Assembly: GCA_017480865.1 (NCBI GenBank)
Contig: JAFURN010000109.1
Location: forward strand, 4,464 to 68,463
Reading direction: 5' to 3'
From: Ruminococcus sp.
GTDB lineage: Bacteria > Bacillota > Clostridia > Oscillospirales > Ruminococcaceae
Length of the DNA stretch: 64,000 nucleotides
Made by a program: the position numbers and the translations under genes. Of the stretch, positions 57,418 through 64,000 are shown piece by piece. Every line of letters begins with the position of its first letter. Position 1 is the first letter of the stretch. The notes beneath the pieces are model-generated. The model was not told the origin of the DNA. It did no database searches and saw only the letters and a list, made by a program, of their open reading frames with translations.

Positions 57418-60168
57418 TCAGCTGACAGAAGGTACGCTGCTCTGCGGCAGTGCCTCTACGAATTCAACAACATAAGCCATCAGTGTGGTAATGTCGCCGG
57501 AATTGATCTCACCATCTGTGCAGCACTCAGCTGCCTTCTTCTGTGCCTCGTTGAGATCAACCTTCTTTGCAACATACTTGCTCAGCAGGATGATATCCTG
57601 TACAGAAATCTTGCCATCCAGATTTACGTCACCAATCATAACATCGCCAATCGGAGCGGTGGTTGTGGTTGTGGTCTTTGTTGTAGATGTTGTAGTCGGT
57701 GCTGTAGAAGTTGTAGTCTTGGAGGTTGTAGTGGGCTTTGTATCGGTTGTAGTGGAAGTTGTGGTCTTGGAGGTTGTAGTGGGCTTCGGAGTTGTAGATG
57801 TTGTTGTAGATGTTGTTGTAGATGTTGTTGTTGTGGTAGTTATTGTTGTCGTTGTTGTGGTGGTTGTTGTTTCAGTGGACTCAGTTGTAGTAACATCGCC
57901 GCCCGGCAGACCGGAAACAGTAAAGGTTACTTCCAGAGTATCTGTCCAGGAGATCTCAGAGCCATCGATATCGCTGATCTGCGGGCTGGTCCATGTATTC
58001 AGGATGTTATGGCGGATCATCTTACCGTCATCAGCCAGACGATATGCACCATCAGTCGGTCCATTGTATGTGATCTCAACACCATCAATTGTAATCTTGT
58101 CAATTGTGAACAGAATGCCGCTGTCCTTCAGCGGATCGGAAGTGCCTTCCGGTGCATAGTCATAAGCATTGATATCAGACTGGAGGAACAGACACTCGAT
58201 AGAGCCTGTACCGTCACCGCTCTGAATCTGGAAGGATGCCTTGTATGTACCGTTGCCTGTAACTACAGCAGGAGTCTGACCAGGATCTGTCAGATTCCAA
58301 TAACCATAGGAACCTGCCTGACCTGCAATCCATACGTTGCCGATCGGATCGCCGACAGGAGCAGACTGTGTTGTCGTCTCAGTCGGCTTGGATTCTGTTG
58401 TTGTTGTCTCAGTCGGCTTGGTTTCAGTTGTAGTAGTGGTTGTTTCAGTCTTCTTTGTAGTAGACTCAGTGGTCGTTTCTGTCGGCTCAGACTCTGTTGT
58501 TGTTGTCTCAGTGGGCTTGGTTGTAGATTCTGTTGTTGTCGTTGTTGTTTCAGTTGTAGTTGTAGTCGTTGTAGTTGTTGTCTCAGTAGTTGTTGTAGTA
58601 GTTTCAGTTGTTGTTGTGCTGCCGCTGCCGAAGCTGTAGTCAGCATTGATCTCTGCGATAGAAGCCAGCTTTGCCGGGAATGTTGCAGCATCGCCGCCGT
58701 ACTTTGCTACCAGCGGAGCGATTGCCAGAGCAAAACAGCCGTTGTAGTCCAGAGCCGGTTCAGTAAACTGGTAGGAATTCTGTTCATCCACATATTTGCC
58801 CTCGGAATCCATACCGCCTACCAGACAGCCATACATCGTATATGTTGCTTCTGTATTTGCCTGCGGATCACCTGTACCCGGATTTGCTGCACGGTGGTGA
58901 ATTCTCTTCGCCCAATTGTCGCCGTAACCCAGCAGGAAGCTGTAGCCGGTAGAGTTGTTGCCGAGAATCACATCCATCTGATACTTTGCAGCAGCTTCCA
59001 TAGTGGTATCGCCGGTTGCATCTGCAATATGCTGTGCTACCATCTGCAATGCGCAGTTATAACGGGATGCACCCCAACCTGCTGCATTATAAGAACTTGT
59101 AGACAGACCGCCCTTATTGTTCAGTTCAAACTTCAGTTCATTTACATAGGTATTGGTATTGTAGCCAACCTCAGCCAGCAGCGCCGCATAGCCGCTCCAT
59201 ACCTTGTCCCAGCAGTACAGATGATAGTCACTCTGACCATTGCTGTAAGAACCATTGCCAGTACATACATAAGTAGGAGTATAAGAGGAAGGCAGGGTAC
59301 CATTGTTTGCAGCCAGCTGACACCATACTTCAGCCCATGCCACGTCATCAGCAGTCTGACCGGAAGCATACATAGAACCTACGCCATCATAGGTTGCGCC
59401 CGGATACTTCTTTGTGAATTCTTCCAGAGCCTGTGCGTACTTCAGACACTCATCTGCATATGCGGTATCACCGTTGTTTCTGAATGCCAGGGAAGATGCC
59501 GCCAGAGCTGCTGCCATCTGACCGGATGCGTCACCGGACGGATGAGAGGAATCAGCCCAGTAGGTTGTACGGGTCATTGTCTGGGTTTCAGGAGCAGACC
59601 ATACATTGTGGTCTTCGCCCTCTGCTGCTACCTGATAGCAGAATGCAATAACATCATCATTGCTGTCCAGGTATGTAACCTTCATGAAGTAGTCACATGC
59701 ATTCTTCAGGATGTACAGCAGATGATCTACATTGCCAGCCTTCTCATAAGCCTCGGGATATGTAAAGTAAGACCATGCGAGGCTTGACATGCTGAAGCCC
59801 ATTGTCATGGAGAACTTGATGTGGTCGCCAGCGTCATGATAGCCGCCGGAAACGTCAACTGTGTTTGAACCGCCGTTTGCAGCCTGGATCGCACTCTTGG
59901 ATGCAGAGGACAGACCCTGTGCGTTGTCCAGAGACGCAGTCGCATCCTGCACATGGCAGTCATCACGCCATGTCAGCGGATTCTCGCCTACTTCGGAGCC
60001 GCAGTGGTTTGCATCATAGAAGTACAGAGACATCTGCAATGCTTCTACATAGTTTTCATCAGCTGCATTAACGCTGAGAGATGCTGTTGACATACCTGCA
60101 ACAGCTGTGGTCGCGCCGATTACAGCAGCTGTCAGCGCCGATGTAATCCGTTTTCTTAATTTTCCCAT
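57418..60168 (-). CDS. Cellulosomal GH9 endoglucanase: GH9, Thr linker, CBM-like module, Thr linker, dockerin
   Basis: Signal peptide; GGYHDAGDHIKF, HHR, TEPALDYNG; GDVNLDGKISVQD dockerin. Confidence 0.93.
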   Translation of the reverse strand: MGKLRKRITSALTAAVIGATTAVAGMSTASLSVNAADENYVEALQMSLYFYDANHCGSEVGENPLTWRDDCHVQDATASLDNAQGLSSASKSAIQAANGGSNTVDVSGGYHDAGDHIKFSMTMGFSMSSLAWSYFTYPEAYEKAGNVDHLLYILKNACDYFMKVTYLDSNDDVIAFCYQVAAEGEDHNVWSAPETQTMTRTTYWADSSHPSGDASGQMAAALAASSLAFRNNGDTAYADECLKYAQALEEFTKKYPGATYDGVGSMYASGQTADDVAWAEVWCQLAANNGTLPSSYTPTYVCTGNGSYSNGQSDYHLYCWDKVWSGYAALLAEVGYNTNTYVNELKFELNNKGGLSTSSYNAAGWGASRYNCALQMVAQHIADATGDTTMEAAAKYQMDVILGNNSTGYSFLLGYGDNWAKRIHHRAANPGTGDPQANTEATYTMYGCLVGGMDSEGKYVDEQNSYQFTEPALDYNGCFALAIAPLVAKYGGDAATFPAKLASIAEINADYSFGSGSTTTTETTTTTTETTTTTTTTTTETTTTTTESTTKPTETTTTESEPTETTTESTTKKTETTTTTTETKPTETTTTESKPTETTTQSAPVGDPIGNVWIAGQAGSYGYWNLTDPGQTPAVVTGNGTYKASFQIQSGDGTGSIECLFLQSDINAYDYAPEGTSDPLKDSGILFTIDKITIDGVEITYNGPTDGAYRLADDGKMIRHNILNTWTSPQISDIDGSEISWTDTLEVTFTVSGLPGGDVTTTESTETTTTTTTTTITTTTTTSTTTSTTTSTTPKPTTTSKTTTSTTTDTKPTTTSKTTTSTAPTTTSTTKTTTTTTAPIGDVMIGDVNLDGKISVQDIILLSKYVAKKVDLNEAQKKAAECCTDGEINSGDITTLMAYVVEFVEALPQSSVPSVS
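57660..57895 (-). repeat. Thr-rich linker repeats (KPTTTSKTTTST x2)
   Basis: Low-complexity GTT/GTA triplet repeats inside the GH9 gene. Confidence 0.8.
58365..58617 (-). repeat. Thr/Glu-rich linker repeats (PTETTTTES)
   Basis: Repeated GTCTCAGTCGGCTTGG and GTT runs inside the GH9 gene. Confidence 0.8.
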
Positions 60169-60199
60169 AATTACCTCCACAGTAACATATTTTGTAATT

Positions 60200-60228
60200 A
60201 TTGTACCATATTTCCTATGTTCTGTCAA
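60200..60228 (-). promoter_or_regulatory. Sigma-A promoter for GH9
   Basis: Minus strand TTGACA-17 bp-TACAAT. Confidence 0.8.
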
Positions 60229-60291
60229 GCGTTCTGTAAAAAACAGATACTTTTCTTCACATAGCTTCTGCTTTTCGCACAAGGAAACGGC

Positions 60292-61104
60292 TTACAGCTC
60301 ATTTCCAAAGCCCCTGAGCGGTTCCAGGTGATCTGCCGCCTCCGCAAGGCCGCTCTGCTTGAGCACATCATTATAATAAGATGCCACCGCAGACGGATAA
60401 GAGCCATTCAGAACCGTCTGAACCGACGGTTCCTGTACATTTTTCGTATGCGGACCAAACAGCAGGAATATACCGCACAGCACAAGCAGTCCTGCCAGCA
60501 AAACAATGCGCACCGTATCCATAATACTTTCCATTTTTTCCCGTTCCGGCTTCGGAAGGGAGGATGCCTGTCTTGCTTCACGCTCCTGCCGGATCGCCTG
60601 CGCTGCATTTTCAATCGCCTCTGTCATTTGCGGCGGTGCTTCCAGAGTCAGTTCCTCTTCATACATTGTTTTTTGTGTTTCCTGCACCGGAGGCTCTGCT
60701 GGTGTTTCTTTCACATGGGATACAACAGTGCGGACTGCCGCCTTACGCGGCGCATCGATCCGGGAAAGATATTTTGAAAAATAGGCATCCCGTGCCTCCT
60801 TTGTAGACAGGTCCGGGCTCTGACTGCCGGACTTCGGCGGCACATGCATAGAGGGATGCTCCGGAATTGCAGCATTTTTCTCCTCCGCCTGACGGGCCGC
60901 CTCACGCAGAGGCGTTCTCTGGACTGTTGCGGTATCTGTGATCTTGTTCTGCTCCGACAAGGTAGACACTGTGCTCTGCATATCCGGAGAAGCAGGTGTC
61001 TGAACGGGTACCGCCTTCTTCGGCTGCGGTTTTGAGCCGCCCTTTGACAGCGCCGAAAGGGGGCGCATCTCACCCTGTGCATAGGTATTCTTTTTCTCAA
61101 ACAT
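60292..61104 (-). CDS. Hypothetical membrane protein with low-complexity N-terminus; possibly a truncated DHHW/AlgX-like partner of the MBOAT
   Basis: P/Q/E-rich N-part, one TM, short C-terminus (LNGSY..AVASYYND); directly downstream of the MBOAT. Confidence 0.55.
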   Translation of the reverse strand: MFEKKNTYAQGEMRPLSALSKGGSKPQPKKAVPVQTPASPDMQSTVSTLSEQNKITDTATVQRTPLREAARQAEEKNAAIPEHPSMHVPPKSGSQSPDLSTKEARDAYFSKYLSRIDAPRKAAVRTVVSHVKETPAEPPVQETQKTMYEEELTLEAPPQMTEAIENAAQAIRQEREARQASSLPKPEREKMESIMDTVRIVLLAGLLVLCGIFLLFGPHTKNVQEPSVQTVLNGSYPSAVASYYNDVLKQSGLAEAADHLEPLRGFGNEL

Positions 61105-61123
61105 TTCTTATGCGTCTCCTTAC

Positions 61124-62533
61124 TTATTTATATACATAGAAAAACGGAAGGCTCGCTTCACTGCCCAGAAAAATACTGGTGAGTACCAGCACAGCACCCG
61201 TAAGAACGATGCCTGCGGTCTGCACGATTGCATATGTACGCTGGCTTTCGCAGCATTGCAGCCGTACCTTTATACGTTCTGTCAGAGGGAAGCAGCAAAG
61301 CACTGCCGCCGCAATGAGAAGCATATTATTCTGTACAGATACACCCACTGCTGCATCTGCAATCCCGCCTTCCCCCAGGAAGAAAAGGTTCTTCAAGAAT
61401 ACAAGCGGTTCGCCGTTCCGGACTGCACCCAGCAGACCCAGACAGATGATCGCCAGAAGCTTGCTGTAGAGATGTCCCACTACAGCTGGTATTTTACCCA
61501 GACGTTCCTCGCCCAGCGCCTGTTCCAGCATTACAAACGCTCCGCAGAAAACGCCCCACAAAACAAAGCCCCAGCCTGCACCATGCCAGATGCCGCCTGC
61601 TGCCGCGGCAAGAAGGATCCCTGACAACGCCTTGCCTTTTCCGCAAATTGAGGCGCGCAGAACATAATCCCGGAAGAAATCATTCAGGGAAATATGCCAG
61701 TTCCGCCAGAAGCCAGTGATGCTTCTGCTCAGGAATGGATGGCGGAAATTTTCTTCAAAGCGGAATCCGAAAATACGTCCCAATCCAAGGGCAATATCCA
61801 CATAACCAGAAAGGTCAAAATAGATCCGCAGAGAGAACAGAAGTGCACCGTACCATGTGCCAAGAGCAGATTGTGTTTCCGGACTGCTGCCAAAAAGGAA
61901 CTGATCCGCAACTGGTGCCAGCTGGTCAGCAAGAAGCACCTTCTTTCCCAGACCGACCACGATCCGGCAGATGCCTGCACTGAAATCCGCTGTACGAACC
62001 GTACGTGTATGCAGCTGCATCTGAACGGTATCATAACGCACCGCAGGACCCTGGAGCGCAAGCGGAAACAGTATCATATACAGAAGGAACTTCCGGAAAT
62101 CCGCTTCAGCGCAGACTCTGCCCCGGTAGCAGTCCATGACATAAGAGACAGCACGAAGGGTAAAGAAGCTGAGTCCCAGAGGCATTGCAGGATCCGGAAC
62201 CGGAAGCGCCGCACCGCTGAGCATATTGATGCTTTCCACAAGTGTACCTGCATATTGAAAGCTGAAGAGCAGTCCCACATTCATGATCAAAGCAAGAGTA
62301 AGACTGAGTTTTGCTGCAAGCTGTTCCCCACTGTAGGAAATGAGTCTGCCCAGAACGTAATTCATACATACACCAAACAGGAGCAGCCATAAGTAGACCG
62401 GCTCCCCCCAGGCATAGAACAGCAATGAAAAGCCAATCAGCACCGCATTGCGGTATCGTGTTTTCGCCAGACAGCAGCATGCAGCGCATACCGGCAGGAA
62501 TAAATATAGAAACAGTGCATCCGTAAAAGACAT
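61124..62533 (-). CDS. MBOAT O-acyltransferase (AlgI/PatA-like)
   Basis: SLLFYAWGEP, PLGLSFFT, GLGKKVLLAD, YFDLSGY, FWRNWHISL, GIWHGA (catalytic His). Confidence 0.92.
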   Translation of the reverse strand: MSFTDALFLYLFLPVCAACCCLAKTRYRNAVLIGFSLLFYAWGEPVYLWLLLFGVCMNYVLGRLISYSGEQLAAKLSLTLALIMNVGLLFSFQYAGTLVESINMLSGAALPVPDPAMPLGLSFFTLRAVSYVMDCYRGRVCAEADFRKFLLYMILFPLALQGPAVRYDTVQMQLHTRTVRTADFSAGICRIVVGLGKKVLLADQLAPVADQFLFGSSPETQSALGTWYGALLFSLRIYFDLSGYVDIALGLGRIFGFRFEENFRHPFLSRSITGFWRNWHISLNDFFRDYVLRASICGKGKALSGILLAAAAGGIWHGAGWGFVLWGVFCGAFVMLEQALGEERLGKIPAVVGHLYSKLLAIICLGLLGAVRNGEPLVFLKNLFFLGEGGIADAAVGVSVQNNMLLIAAAVLCCFPLTERIKVRLQCCESQRTYAIVQTAGIVLTGAVLVLTSIFLGSEASLPFFYVYK

Positions 62534-62688
62534 ATCAACCGTACCTTCCTTACAGCGGCAGTTTTCGGATTGCCGCCATCAAATCGACATATACACCTTT
62601 ATTATACAGCATTCTTTCCGGAATTGCAACAGGACTTCTGTCCTTTTTTCACTTTTTTTGTCACTTTTTGAAAATTATCGCAAAACAC

Positions 62689-62717
62689 TTGACAACCGCC
62701 CTTTTTTGTGGTAAAAT
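62689..62717 (+). promoter_or_regulatory. Sigma-A promoter for tRNA-Pro
   Basis: TTGACA-17 bp-TAAAAT with AT-rich upstream region. Confidence 0.8.
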
Positions 62718-62771
62718 ATATATCGTTCCGCAGCATACATGCATATGCTCGGTTCATTCCCCTTTCAATGT

Positions 62772-62847
62772 CTGGGTGTGGCGCAGTTGGTAGCGCGCTA
62801 CCTTGGGGTGGTAGAGGCCGTGGGTTCAAGTCCCGTCACTCAGACCA
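62772..62847 (+). tRNA. tRNA-Pro(GGG)
   Basis: Acceptor CTGGGTG/CACTCAG, D arm GCGC, anticodon arm CTACC-TTGGGGT-GGTAG, TTCAAGT T loop, encoded CCA. Confidence 0.95.
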
Positions 62848-62849
62848 TG

Positions 62850-62895
62850 AAAACCACGCAGTTGCGAGTAAATCGTGACTGCGTGGTTTTTGTTT
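62850..62895 (+). terminator. Terminator-like hairpin after tRNA
   Basis: AAAACCACGCAGT...ACTGCGTGGTTTTT. Confidence 0.75.
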
Positions 62896-62997
62896 TATGT
62901 GGCAAAAATGTTGCTGACGAAAAAATGACGAAAAACGCACCATGCCCCCGCCATTGTAGCCTGCCACGCAAAACACAAAAAAATGACATGCAAACAC

Positions 62998-63044
62998 AAA
63001 AAAAGCGTCCCGAATCGCCAATAACAGGCAATCCGGGACGCTTT
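62998..63044 (-). terminator. Terminator after amidase gene
   Basis: AAAGCGTCCCG...CGGGACGCTTT with an A run (U tail on the minus strand). Confidence 0.75.
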
Positions 63045-63167
63045 ACTATTTAATATACAAAGGCTATAAACCGCGCTTAAATATAGTTTAAATGGTGTTT
63101 ATGCACAAACCAATTTACCGGCTATACAGCTTATCCAATAACGCTCGTTTCCGTGCGTTAGCGAGCG

Positions 63168-63998
63168 TTAAATCTTTGCTGCATAGTTCAGCGAGATCCA
63201 TCCTGCACCGGATTTCAGTCTGCCCCAGGTGCCGCGTGTCTCGATGATCGTAAATACGCCCTTTCCGGTATATCTTCCTGTGACAGGATACTGCGTACCC
63301 GGACCGGTGCGGATGTTGAGATCATCGATGCTTACACGCACACGATACGGCTTCTCCGCCGGTGCAGGGACAACCGGAACATCCGGAGCAGCCTCACCCA
63401 TATACTTTGCGACCTTCGCCTTGAAAGCTGCCCAGTGCGGCAGGATGTACAGCGGACACATTTTATAGCTGTTGTGCATGGTGTTCAGCTGATCAACCGT
63501 GCCGGTCCTGCCATCCCTCATATTCAGCCAGTGGGTGTGCGTAAACAGGCACTCAATTCCAAGTCCATACTGCTTGAGGAGCGCCGCCGCAAGTCTTGCA
63601 GCATTGTCCTCGGACTTCTTGTCATCGGCATTATACGCAGAACTCATGATGCACTCAATGGCAATGGTTCTGCGGTTGCCGCTGCCGCTGCCGTCCGCAG
63701 CGTGCCAGCCGGACAGCGTGTGCGGCAGATTCTGCCAGGCGCATTTGTTGTCCACGTAATAATGCACACGGACATCATTCATATTGCCGTTTACAGTTGC
63801 TCGGGTGTACTGCTCCGCCGGCGTTGTATCCGGAGAGACATTGATCTAGTCTGTATTATGCACAGTTACGCCGATGATTCTTCCATCCATGGAAATATCC
63901 GGCATGGAAATTCTGTTCGGGTTGTGCTGCGTCAGGAGATACGTGTTCACCGTCACGCCGTTCAGCACAGCTGTTTTATCAGGCTTCAGATATGCCAT
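63168..63998 (-). pseudogene. Phage-type N-acetylmuramoyl-L-alanine amidase (Amidase_2 + SH3b-like) interrupted by an in-frame TAG
   Basis: MAYLKPD...GVTVHNTD*INVS...VHYYVD...WHAADG...IAIEC...KMCP...LNIRTGPG; TAG at 63846-63848 (codon 51). Confidence 0.85.
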
Positions 63999-64000
63999 AG

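Noticed and set aside
57660-58617. Tandem short repeats as a possible CRISPR array or DGR repeat pair
   Set aside because: They encode in-frame Thr linkers; no unique spacers, cas genes or reverse transcriptase.
57301-59787. 828-aa Cys-rich ORF on the plus strand
   Set aside because: Antisense shadow of the GH9 gene; the Cys runs are the reverse complement of Thr-linker codons.
62602-63053. Short ORFs around the tRNA
   Set aside because: They overlap the tRNA, its promoter and terminators; no coding signal.

Overview
A 64-kb chromosomal window from a cellulosome-producing Ruminococcus-like Firmicute (three dockerin proteins, GGAGG RBSs, sigma-A promoters). All product calls come from recognising motifs by eye; no search was run. 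Left to right: end of a maltose locus (EEP phosphatase, malQ) and potABCD. An accessory block at 6-14 kb holds a RibD-like protein, a dockerin CE2 esterase, a translationally coupled TIR-domain + cupin pair, and a dockerin protein with a CHAP/NlpC-like Cys-His domain. Next come a metallophore-type uptake locus (AraC, Nik/Opp ABC, YbtPQ-like ABC pair) with two GTTAG-N6-CTAAC boxes and a lactose/Leloir cluster. A ~7.6-kb decayed island follows, bounded by direct repeats of the rlmD 3' end (35474-35504, 43098-43128) and carrying MATE/TetR/GNAT cargo plus a probable serine-recombinase scrap. Then core genes (rlmD, hemZ, relA, recJ, mreB, comF, recD2), a GH9-dockerin cellulase, an MBOAT, tRNA-Pro(GGG), and a phage-type amidase with an in-frame amber stop at the window edge. 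The best candidate for an undescribed system is the TIR + cupin operon (9823-11462). No CRISPR array, rRNA or intact transposase/integrase was seen.
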